From Ginglymostoma cirratum (lineage: Eukaryota): DNA of 64,000 nucleotides. The notes under the pieces were generated by a model that ran no database searches, was not told the DNA's origin, and saw only the letters and a program-made list of their open reading frames with translations. How positions within the stretch are numbered: the first letter of the stretch is position 1; every line of letters starts with the position of its first letter. Below are positions 40,050-51,601 of the stretch, one piece after another. The stretch lies in contig JAHRHZ010000012.1 in assembly GCA_024137785.1 (NCBI GenBank), positions 50,663,389 to 50,727,388 on the forward strand, written 5' to 3'. A program made the translations under genes and the position numbers.

Positions 40050-41290
40050 TTCATGAGAGGTGATTGAGTCAGCATTTACTATCTATTCTTAACTATCGTT
40101 GAGGGGATAGTTTTGAGCCGCCTCCTTGGACCACTGGAGTCCATGTGTTGTTGGCAAATCTACAATGTTGCTAGGAAAGGCATTCCAGGATTTTGACCCA
40201 GCAACAGTTTAGGAATAGCAATCTACTAGCTTACAGTGCTGCCACTGTATACTGTACTGAAGACTTGTACTCCTGAATTTGCTACGCTTACAGCAAAGCT
40301 GTTATAGTACAACACTGATATCTGGAAGTTAATTATCTCAGTCCAATGACGTGATTGCAGGAATAGTCAGGGTACTTGTCCTAGGGGCAAAAATCTTCAT
40401 CTATGACCCTCCCTCCATCATAAGATCATTGTTGTAGGTGTAAGATGGGTGTGAATTCTGAAGGCTGCTTTTTTACCCTGATAGATTTTGAGTTTATCAA
40501 GTGATTTTGGAGCTGCACCTATTTGGGCAAATGGAGAGTATTCTATCACATTCCCCGAGTATGCCTTATAGATGGTGGACAGGTTTTGAAGCATCCGGAA
40601 ACTTCAGAATTTTCAGCCTCTAAGCTGCTCCCGTAGCCATAGTATTTATATCACTGGTCCAGTCCAGTTTGTGGTAAGTGGTCATCCCCAGAATGTTGAT
40701 AGTGGAGTGGTCAACAATGATAATGCTATTGAGTATCAGGAAGAGATGGTTAGATGTTCTGTCATCTAAATTCTTATTGCATGGAACTTGTGTCAAGACT
40801 TTTACTTGCCCCTTAAAAACCCAAGTCTAATGGCACTGAACATTGTTTACTGATGATTGCACATCTCCATTTCTGACCTTACGATGGAGGGAAGGTCATT
40901 GATGAAGTAGTTGAAGATTTTTGTTCCTAGCACAGCACCCTGAACTACCCCTGCAATCACATAATGGGATTGAGATGATTGACTTCCACAAACCAGATGT
41001 CAGTGTTGGCTGTACTAGGACAATGTAGCTAATTCTGGAGCAGAAGTCTTCAGTACTATTGCCAGAGTATTGTCAGGGCTCAGTCTTTGCAGTATGCAGT
41101 GCCGTCAGCCATTTCTTAATATGAAATGGAGGAAAAAAACACGGTTGAAGACTGGCATCTCTGCCGCTGAGACCTAAGAGGAAACTGAAGCAAATCATCC
41201 TCACAACACTTCTGGCTGAAGATTGTTGCAAATGCTTCAGCCTTTATCTTTTGCTCTGGTATGCTGGGCTCCCACATCATGCTGAAGATT
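40050..41290 (-). mobile_element. CR1-clade LINE (second family), deleted copy
   Basis: 'KIKAEAFATIFSQKC' (ORF 41116-41304) and the RT block gaaggtcattgatgaagtag...gcaccctga; 3' tail at about 40050-40220. Confidence 0.8.
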
Positions 41291-41947
41291 AATAGCATTA
41301 GCAAAGAGAAAATGTAGGTAGTGTCTCAATATTTTCAGGAGCTGGTCCATGCAAACAATGACTTTTCTATCTATCTTTTTGTGACAACAGATCCCTGTGG
41401 ATGACAGTTTTACAATAATAAAGTCACAGGCAAAGCCTTGATGCATTAGAGTGGTAAAGGTGATTAGCATACATCATTTTGAAGCACATGCTTCTGGGAA
41501 GTTATATTGGCCTAATGAGGGAAAACTTGGTGTAAATTTCCCCGATTGCTTATCTCCATAGTTCTCTGAACTTTGTTACACAAACTATAGTCTAGATTGA
41601 AGAATGGTTATTTTACTCACAGGCAGGCCTTAATAAATGAAAAAAAAACAAGAATCAAAGAACCACCAAAGCTTTGAAAGAAGAATAGATTTTATATAAT
41701 GTATGGGTATTATAGGCAATAGCAAAGGAATAAGAAAAGGGAGGTCTAGGGCTATAGACGAAGAATGCCTCAGTGCTTACAACGCCAGGAAGTGACTGTA
41801 TTACATCTTAGTCAGCGTGGTGGGCAAACAAGGATCAAGATTGATGAGGTTCACCAGGGGCAATGACTCAGTTATCCCAGCTCATTCAATTTGACCAGCT
41901 GTTGGGTACAGAGGAGAAGGCCTTGTGAAGGATGTGGGGAAAGTGTT

Positions 41948-42035
41948 TTTCTGAAGAGGCGTCCTAAGCCGAAACATCAGCTTTCCTATTCCTCTGATGC
42001 TGCCTGGCCTGCTGTGTTCCTCCAGCTCCACACAA
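41948..42035 (+). mobile_element. Penelope-derived short repeat with minimal hammerhead ribozyme motif
   Basis: ctgaaga-ggc-gtcctaa-gcc-gaaac (CUGAnGA / stem II / GAAA), then ctctgatgctgcctggcctgctgtgttcctccagc. Confidence 0.75.
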
Positions 42036-42039
42036 TAAT

Positions 42040-42810
42040 ACCCCCTAGTATTTGGACATGTCCGTTCTGGACTAAAAGGATCTAACTATCCACCCTATCT
42101 ATGCCTCAATTTTATACACTTCAATCAGCCTCTGATGCTCTAGTAAAACCAAACCAAGTTTGTCCAACATTTCCTTATTTCTAATACACTGTAATCCAGG
42201 AAACATCCTGGTAAACGTCTCCTTTGCACTCCCTCCAAAGCTTCCACCTCCTTCCTGTAGTGTAGCGACCAGAACTGCACACACTGCTCTAGATGCTTAA
42301 GACGGCTGCAACATGACTCACCAACTCTTATACTTAATGCTCTGACCAATAAAGACCTTCCTTATCATCTTATCCAATTGTGTTGTCACTTTCAGGAAGT
42401 GACGGACTTGCACCCCAAGATCCCTCTGTAATCACTGTTCCTGACGGTGCTGCCATTTTACTGTATACTTTCTTCTTGTGTTTGACCTTCCAAAAAAAAA
42501 TGCATCATCTCAGATTTGCCCAGATTAAACTCCATCTGCCATTTCTCCACCCAACTTTACAACTGATCTATATCCCTTTCTCACTGTCTATAACACCACC
42601 AATTTTCATACTGTCTACAGACTAACTAATCAGACCACCTACATTTGCATCCAAATTACACATTGGATAAACATCCCTCCACAACTTCTGTTTTCTATGG
42701 CCAAGCCAATTTTTTTTTTTAAATCCAATTCACCAAGTCACCCTGGATCCCATGTGTCTTCATCTTCTAAGCCAGCCTACCACCATGAACAACCATGTCA
42801 AATGCTCACA
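42040..42810 (-). mobile_element. CR1 LINE ORF2 fragment
   Basis: 'HLEQCVQFWSLHYRKEVEALEGVQRR' (ORF 42140-42349). Confidence 0.9.
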
Positions 42811-43584
42811 TTGAGGTGGAACTGATATTGCATATTGGCTGGACCATGTCTCAGTTTAAGATATTTTTTCAATGTTTAAACAATTGCTTTACTGCCTTTC
42901 TAGTTGGCCAACAAAGTTCTGTCTCTGTCAGGTGTAGGTTAGTGTGATTGAAAACCGAATTGATCTTTCTATGTTTTAAAATGCTAAAGAAAGTATACAC
43001 AACAAACTGTTATATCCCTAGATAGCATTACATCTGATCATTGTCTGTTTGCCAGGTCCTGCATCACATTGTGCCTGAAGAGGGTGAAACAATATACGTA
43101 TAGCACACAAACTGAAAGCAGATGCCTTTGTACAGATATATTGTCGGGTGTAGATCAAGGACAAATGTCTCTTTAGAAACGTGGTACTAGAACATCCTGA
43201 GCTGTCATTTCAACCACTACCCTTTTCAAACTAAACAGCAGAGATTGTCAAGAAAAATCTTTTGGCTTTTTGAATAACAGTTGATTTTGTTGCTTCAGAA
43301 CCAGTTGCAGAGATTTGTTTGCTTTTTCTACTTACATGATAGAACCTGTGTTCAGTATGTTGCCATCATCCCTTTGTGATGTGGTTTGTTTGAAGGCAGT
43401 TGAACAAAAGCTGTTTGACTGTCACTGCTTTTCGTCAGCAGTTTCTTTACCTGCCTCACCTCTTTTTCTCAATCTCTTTCTGGGCACTGTCTCCATCTCT
43501 TTGATTAATTCCTTTATCGCCAAACCAACCTCCCACAACTCCACCCCTTAGCATCAGCATAGATAGCACCGTTTCCCAGCAGCT

Positions 43585-43700
43585 TTCAGTTCAGGTCCCC
43601 GAACTTGAAATGTTAACTTGGTTTTTCACTCTACGGATGCTGCCAGTGTTTCTTCAGTGCTTAGTATTTTAGTTTCAGAATCACAGCATCCACAGTTTTA
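43585..43700 (+). mobile_element. Older Penelope-derived short repeat
   Basis: gaacttgaaatgttaac...ggatgctgccag...tttcagaatcacagcatccacagtt resembles the 41948/55073 family. Confidence 0.5.
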
Positions 43701-44659
43701 TCACTTAGACTTTAAATGTTCAGTTGGAATTTGACTGGGACAGTTTTCGCCCAGTTGACTGTGTGCTCTAACACGACCGCCACTAGCATTTACAAACAAC
43801 ATTGGCCAACATCCCACTTAAAATTCAATAAAAAATATTGGTACTGTCACCTCAGGTACAACAATAATACAAAATCTGTCATCTTCTTGATACCACTTCA
43901 GAAATTAAAGTGTTACTGGGAAAATCTGAGTGAGTCAGCTTTGAGTGACCTAAGTTTAAACTAGCATGTTCACCGACAAAGTGTACCCAATACTATAAAA
44001 TTGCGGTACTGATAACGTCTTTGCTTATGTTGTCTGTCTGGATTTCTTTTCTTTCTCCCCAGTCTCACAATTACTCTGCAATGGAGAGAACAAGTAGGTG
44101 ACTTGCTCCCAAATCCCCAGAGTAGCCATTTGAATTAGATACACATTTCTAATGTAGCTATGACTTGCCCTCTGGAGGAACTTGACTTCTGCTTTGTATT
44201 TTTGCAAGCATGGCAGAGCTCAGTAACAGAGAGACATCAGGATCAAAGCTGCATCACTCATTGCTGCAGTGCTGACCTTGGTATTTAAACATTTGGTCAC
44301 TGTAACACTTCTGCATCAAATTAAATACTAGCTCTTTTGACTTAAAGGGCAGTGACAAACTTTTGTTTGGCTTTCTGCTCTATGGAAATTAGATAATGCA
44401 TGTAGGATATCAGATTGACGGCCACAAAAGAAATGCTGTTCTTCAGGTGAATGGTTTGAATGACATTGTAAACTACAAAATGTAGGTTAAACTGATACAT
44501 GAGAGAAACGGCCCCAAAGTGCGCAATTTCTCCAACATAACTGTAATACGTGAGTAGATTTTGATGTCCAAAAATCCAAATGGCATAGGCCGGTCACTTT
44601 ATGTTCATTGAACTGAAGACTGGAGGAGACCAGAGGCATCATAAGCTTGGGCGTTTTTT

Positions 44660-45380
44660 TTTAAATTCGCCTGTGGGACATGGGTGTTGCTGGCTGGCCA
44701 GCATTTATTGCCCATCCCTAGTTGCCCTTGGGAAGTTGGTGGCGTGCTTGAAGTGTTGCAGTCCATGTACTGCAAGTTGATCCACAATGCCACTAGGGAG
44801 GAAATTCCAGGATTTGCACCCAGCTACAGTGAAGGAACTGCAAAATATTTCCAAGTTAGGATGATGAGCAACTTGGAAGACTGGCAGTTGGTGCTGTTCG
44901 CATGTATCTGTTGCTCTTTTACTTCTAGAGAGAAGTGGGTCATAGGTTTGGAAGGTGCTGTTTAAGGTTCTTTGTTGGTAAATTTCTGCAGTGCATCTTG
45001 TAGCTAGTACAGGCTACTACTACTACTACTCAGTGGTGGAGGGAGTGAATGCTTGCGGATGTGATGCTAGTCAAGCAGGCTGTTTTGTCTCGGATGGTGA
45101 CAAGCTTCTTGAATGTTGTTGGAGTTGTACTCAACCAGGCAAGTGAGGTGCATGCTATCACACCAGATAATGAACCAGCTTTGGGGAGTTAGTCACTGCA
45201 GTATTTCTAGCCCCTGATCTGCTCTTGTAGGCATTGTGACTCAGAGGTGAATCCAGCTGAGTTTATGGTTAAATGTTGATAGTGGGGCTTTCAGTGATGG
45301 GAACACATGTCAAATGACAATAGTTAGATTGTCTCTTATTAGAAGTGGTCATTGCCTTGTGTGCTTCAAATGTTACTTTG
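44660..45380 (-). mobile_element. CR1-clade LINE 3' end (second family)
   Basis: gctggccagcatttattgcccatccc...gcagtgcatcttgtag, reverse complement of 29420-29838 and 57400-58290. Confidence 0.85.
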
Positions 45381-45399
45381 ATATGAATCTGGTGAACTG

Positions 45400-45970
45400 A
45401 ATAAGATTTTCTTCAGCTTGACCATTCACCAGTTAGGTTCTTAGATGGAGAGAGATATCATTTTCAAAAGACAACATGGCTGGAATAAAAGCGATACACA
45501 ATGCTCCAGGAAGACTTCTGCATCTTCAGTCAATTTCTGTACGACAAACTCTGGGCAATTTTGGGAGTTAGACCAACAAACAGCCCTCTATCTATTGGTC
45601 CCTTGGAATTACTATTGGGGTCCTACACATGACATGAAAGCATGTCAATCTATAATGTTCTACCACAGCAAACAGGTACTGTGTTGCAAAGTGTTGATGG
45701 TTTCCAAAGTGGAAAGATGCAGCAAGTGATCAACGGTATTTCCAAATTATTGTCCACTTATACTGGGCAGGCTGGCTGCAAAACCAACTCACTGATCAAT
45801 ATATTCATGGAATGCTTTAGATCTTTGTCATACATAGTTGTGAGAATAGTGGAAACTTGATGTTCAATTGTAAAATCCCATAGGAGTCTATGTGTCTAAC
45901 TTGGTCTGGCTGTCAAAATGCTGTCCAAGTTGTGGCTGATATGGTGGGTGTTTTCATCATGGTTATGGTT
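45400..45970 (-). mobile_element. Degenerate RTE-clade LINE fragment
   Basis: 'DRGLFVGLTPKIAQSL...EDAEVFLEHC...KMI' loosely follows RTE 'YRGISLL...KILA...AE..LPE.QCGF...DMI'. Confidence 0.35.
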
Positions 45971-46237
45971 TGTGTGGTTATTGTGGGAGACAATTAAAAT
46001 TAAAGTACCACTGCCAGAATGATATGGTCTGAGTGCTCCTTATATGTTAGGCCTTGTGATGTACACCATAATAACTGGATTCCTGTTGAGGCAAATATCT
46101 TGAAGTTTACTATTAACATTAAATATTTATCCTGCCATAATATCTCACTCTTGCTTGTGTTACTATGATTACTGCAGTGACAATAACAGCTAGGTGAGGC
46201 AGACACCTTTAGACTGGAATGTCACATGTAACATGTT

Positions 46238-46755
46238 TAATTCTGGTCTCCCTGCTATAGGATAGATGTTGTGAAACTTGAAAGGGTGCAGAAAAGGTTT
46301 ACAAGGATGTTGCCAGGGTTGGAGGGTTTAAGCTCTAGGGAGAGGCTGTATAGGCTGGGGCTATTTTCCCTGGAGCACCACAGGCTGAGGGATGACCATT
46401 GAGGTTTATAAAATCATGACAGGCATGGATAGGGTGAATAGCCATGGGCATTTTCCCCAGGGTACAGGTGTCCAAAACTAAAGGGCATAGGTTTGAGGAG
46501 AGGGGATACAAAAGGGACCTAAGGAGCTACTTTTTCCAGCAGAGGGTGGTGTGTATGGAATGAACTGCCAGAGGAAGTGAGGGAGGTTGATACAATTACA
46601 ACATTTAAAAGGCGTCTGAATGGGTACATGAATAGGAATGACTTAGGTATGTGGACCAAATGCTGGCCAACAGGACTAGATTAATTTAGGATACCTGATC
46701 AGCAAGGATGAGTTGGACTAAGGGGTCTGTTTCCATGCTGTACATCTGTGATGAT
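46238..46755 (+). mobile_element. Relatively young CR1 (HER1-like) LINE 3' end
   Basis: 'FWSPCYRIDVVKLERVQKRFTRMLPGLEGLSSRERL'; tail gggtctgtttccatgctgtacatctgtgatga. Confidence 0.95.
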
Positions 46756-47619
46756 AACAGTTATGATTTCACCTAGACACCTTGAAAATACACTGCCTGT
46801 CTGGTCCAGAATCTATTCACTAATACCATGAGCTCCATCCAATCTGATGATGCCACACAGTCCTCAGTGGGGAAAAATAATTCATTTCAAAATCCTGAAT
46901 GGGTCAGATGTACCATCTCTAGCTCCTGATAGACTTTGATTATATCCAACTAACTAATGTAATGTGTACTTATCATTGTGGTAATAAATTACAAATCGGG
47001 TTGTGAAGACAAGTACCTGTTCTTGTTAAGACTGAAGTTCAGCCTCTTAATATCCACTGAACAGGACTTAGGTCCACTATAAAAATAGAGAATTGATAAA
47101 GAGTCTTGTGTCATAGTGGTAGTGTCACTACCTCTGGACTAGCTTGTCTATACTCAAGCCCCATCTGTTATCGTGATAATACATAACATGTTGCAATCCA
47201 TGAGAGCATTACCTCATCTTGTCAATTCAATGCAGTGGCAAGGAGAATAGTCTCTTCAGACATACAGCCACCTAGAGAAGGGAAATGTGGAGTAAATAAA
47301 GGCAATTATCTTAACAGGATATTCTCCTACTTTTAGTTTGTAGAATGTATATAAAATACAGTGGAGACAATGTAAATTAATGGCAAAATATGACAAATTA
47401 CATGAACAGATGAGATTATTTAATAGAAAAGAAACACTTGAAAAAAGAAATGCCAGCTCATTTTAGGTGGATAGTCCTTCATCAGAACAGGAGATTAAGA
47501 GATGAACAGAAGGGAATGGTGAACAAGAAGAGTGGAAAAGGAGAAAGTCAACAAGTACACCAATAACAGAGGGAGTAATAAGTGACTCCTAAGCTGTTTA
47601 ATAGAAAAATGTTAAATTA

Positions 47620-49375
47620 TGTAAGACATAGGATAGAAGTAAGCTATTTGGCACATCAAGTCTGCTCCAATATCCCATGAGATCATGGCTGATCTGATAA
47701 TCCTCAACTCCACTTTCCTTCTATTTCACAATAACTTGATTCCTTGATTAACAACCTGTCTATTTCAGCTTTGAATAAACTTGTTACCCTAGTCTCAACA
47801 GTCCTCAGTGATAAAGAACTTCATTCACTCACTGCTGAAAGAAGCAATTCCTCCTCATCTGATTAATTCTGAGATTTTGCTCTCTGATCCTGGATTCTCC
47901 AAGGGCAAAAACCCTTTCCAAATCTACCCTGTCAACCCCCCAAGAATCTTGTGTTTCAATAAAGGTTTTTATCTCATGCTTCTGAACTCTAATGAGTGTG
48001 AGCACAACCAACAGATTCTCCTTAAGTTTTCCTCTAAAAAAAATCCCCACATGCCCAATATCAACCTAGTGTATTTTCCCTAGACTGCCTCCAATAGCTG
48101 ATAAGGGAACCAAAAGCTGTTTGCAGTATTCCAAGTGTGGTTTAACCAGTATAGTGTTTAATTGTAGCAAGACTTCACTAATTTGATAGTCCTTTCCCTT
48201 TGAAAGGAAAGCCAACATCTTATGTACCTTCCTGTTACTCAGTGAACTTGGTTGCTAGTTTATGATTCATTCAAGAAGGTCCCATAGAGCCTATGTTACA
48301 GCTTTGTAATTTCTCTCCATTTAAATAACAGCTCTTTTATTCTACCTGCCAAAGTGCAAAACCTAACATTTTTCCTTGTTATATCCCAAAGATTATTAGA
48401 CTAGGACTCTACTCACCGGAGGAGAGAAGAATGAGGGATGATCTCTAAAAACATTTGCGATTCTTAAGAGAATTGACAGTGTGAATGCTGAGAGGATGTT
48501 TCCCTCAAGAGTCTAGGACCAGTAGGCATCAACTTAGAATAAAAGGGCATCAATTTAAGACTGAGTTCAGTAGCTATTTCATCTCTTGGGCATTGCAAGT
48601 GTTTGGAACTCCCTGCCACAGAGAGCTGTGGGCACAGAGTCTGTTTATATTTAAGGCTGTGATAGATAGTGTTTTAATTGGTAGGGAAGTCAAGGGTTAC
48701 AGGGAAAATACGGGAAATTTGATTTGAAGAATGTTGCACCAGGCTGTATGGTGGGGCAGGCTTGAGTCGTCGAATGGCCTACTCCTGTTTTTTTTTTAGA
48801 AAGTGTGGCCTTAGTCTGTTTATATCCTTTTGTAGATTCTGTGTCATCCTTGCTCCTTGCTTTCCCACCTATGTTATGTCATCTGCAAACAGAAGTAAAT
48901 TCACCTCCCTCATCCAAGACAATATATTGTAAATAATTGTGGCCCCAGCCATGATCCCTGTGGCACTCCACTAGTTACAGGTTGTCTTCTATTACTTAGC
49001 CAGTTAGATGGCAATCTTCTATCCATAACTTTAGAAACCTTAAGTAGCAGCACCTTACACCTTATGGAAATCCAGATGCATTCTAGCTATTGGTTCCCTA
49101 TAATCTGTCCTGTTTGTTACCACCTCAAAAAAAGAGGAATTCTAATAAATTTGTTATGTTTGACCTCCCCTTCATGAAACCATGTTGACTTGAATAAATT
49201 ATGTCTTTCTAACTGCTCTGATATTACCTCATTTATATTACACTAACATTTTCCCCAAAGGCAGATGTTAAGCTAGCAGTATTTTGGTTACCTGATTAAT
49301 GCCTCCCTGTCTTTGAATTAGAGTGTTGTATTGGCAGTTTTCCAATTGTCTTGGACTTTTCCTAAATCTAAGGAA
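47620..49375 (-). mobile_element. CR1 LINE fragment with nested opposite-strand CR1 3' end (about 48390-48795, +)
   Basis: Minus tail at 47620-47720 and 'IETQDSWGVDRVDLERVF'; plus-strand insert 'DSVNAERMFP...' ending gaatggcctactcctgtt; minus RT resumes (tcatctgcaaac = FADD). Confidence 0.85.
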
Positions 49376-51388
49376 TAGCACATAATGAATTAACAATAAA
49401 ATGACAAAAGAAAAGGCACAACAGAGACTCAGATAATAAAAAGAATTAAAATGGGAAATGGTAATATAATACGGTGAGAAGAAAAATCTGGAGACTGCAC
49501 AGCTGATTTGTCTGATAAATATTCCAACCTAGAACAACAGTTAAAATCTATCTTGGTGAGGCTGTTGCTCTTCAGATCTTCCCAAGGAAGAAGAGAAGAA
49601 GACAGGCTGACAGAACAGGTCAGTAGGATGTGACAGTAAACCGGCTCGGTTTGCAGGCCAATTGACACTAAAAATAATCAGAATCAAATCTGCAATCAGA
49701 CATGAAGTGTTCCAGAGCAACTTGACATCTCTGGACTTCTGCTGTACTGGGGGTCTGACCAGTCTTTTAAGGAAGAGAAATATTTAGTGGAAGCTCTGGG
49801 GAACAGATTGAAGTCAAAGTTCCCAGACTGATTTTTTTTTGCATTGAGGGAGAAATCTGTATTTTTGGTGTATCTGTTAATGAGATATGGGACACTAGGG
49901 GAGCACCTCCCTAATTACCATTCTGGTCCTCTGATGTATAGATACTCACTGAATGGGGTACAATGGAACACTGAAAACGTCAGTCACAAAATCAAAGTCA
50001 GGATCCTATGTAATGGTGCCCAGCAGTATATCTGATGAAATAGTTGCAGCCAGGCCAACAATAGCAACAAACTTATTATATATTATCTGAGATACTACTA
50101 CCTTCCTTTCACTAGGCAGGAGGCCTGAAAATTCACCTCAGTCTCTTCACCCACACCCCCCTCCACCCCCTGTATCAACCTGCCTTCCCTATACTTAGAT
50201 ACCAGAACACCACTACATAACTGAATTGTTGTAAATCACAATTCAATGAGTTATTTTCAAAATATCTTTGTAAAGAAACATTCAGTTAAGTAGGATTTAG
50301 ATGCTTTCATTGCAGCCCAGTATCTTGAGATAAAATAATGTGAAAGTCAGAATAAAAATGAGTAGGGAAACACCAGCAATGTGTTATTCACCTGATGTGC
50401 CTGAGGCATTGCCCAGGGACTAATAACCCATCTGTAGTTGGACTGGGAGCATGGAAGACATTACAATCATCAGGTCAAACATACACACAGTAACAGAAAG
50501 TACTGAAGATTGATCTTTCAGCTCATGATCTGTTCATTTAAAAATGCATTAAATGCCATGAGACAACATTAGCACAATGACTCCACAGTGACAATGTAAT
50601 TGCAAAGCAATGGAAAGTGAAACAGAGATGGATATCTGCTGCTCTGATTGAAAAATAGCATAAAGGTTTCTAATACTTGTTCTATTACAATTTACACATG
50701 ACTGCACAATAATGTTGTTAGGAAAACCACAGGTTAGAAATTTGCATAATATGGTTGTTGCAGTTTAACACACTGCATTACAAATTCTCTTGGATATAGT
50801 GGTGCAGGTAACTGCAGTAGATCACACCAAGACCAAATCAGCCACCACTTCTACAGTCACTGAGCTACATTGGATACCAGTCTAGCAATATCTCAATTTA
50901 AAAATTCTTATCCTTGCTTATCAAATTCCTTGCCCCTCTCCCTGAGCTCTGCCTATGAGGTAGCATGTTTAGAGGCAGGGTGGGCATGTAATTGGGCAGG
51001 GGGTGGGTTTGGTTAAACACCCTGCCACCTTCCTGATCTCCATCCCAATGAAGTCTAGATGTTGCCTTCTAAAGGCATTCAGTGCCCAATTGAGGGACGT
51101 ATCATTGGAAATATTGGGGACGATGGAGAGCCATCCCTTCTCTTGTAGTAGGCCCCCTTCCTACACCCATTATCTCAATTGCCAGCCCACATAACCCTTC
51201 CCACCATTCCTTATCTGTGATCTGGATCAATCCATGTTCCTGGGTCTTTTGGAAATTGTCATTCAAGAGCTGTCAGCCCCTGATTGGCCAGTAGCACTTA
51301 GGAACAATTGGATCTCTGCCCCCAAGCTCCTATTCTAATGGGAAGTCCTGTGGGTGACCTCTCAATTGGCTGATAAGCTCTTAGTGGG

Positions 51389-51601
51389 TGAAATAACTGC
51401 ACAGAGGCTGGTGTCCTGTCATCAAATCACCCTTTATTTATGAGTGCACAGTACACTGGCTATGACCAGCCAGCTTGGAGTCAGTCCTCAACTGAGGAGA
51501 TTCTAGTCTCCTGGTTATATTGGTCAGTCAAGGCTTTGATTGGGGTTGTTAACTTGAGCCAAGAATCAGTCATTGAGGCCCACCTGGTTCTAATCACTAC
51601 A
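51389..51601 (-). repeat. 3' LTR of the Gypsy element
   Basis: tgaaataac...taatcactaca; 53 of 57 nt identical to the other LTR in the block 51481-51537 versus 55741-55797. Confidence 0.9.

Noticed and set aside
47213-47271. Minus-strand segment with strong acceptor and donor
   Set aside because: Stop codons in all three frames; a non-coding exon cannot be supported without transcripts.
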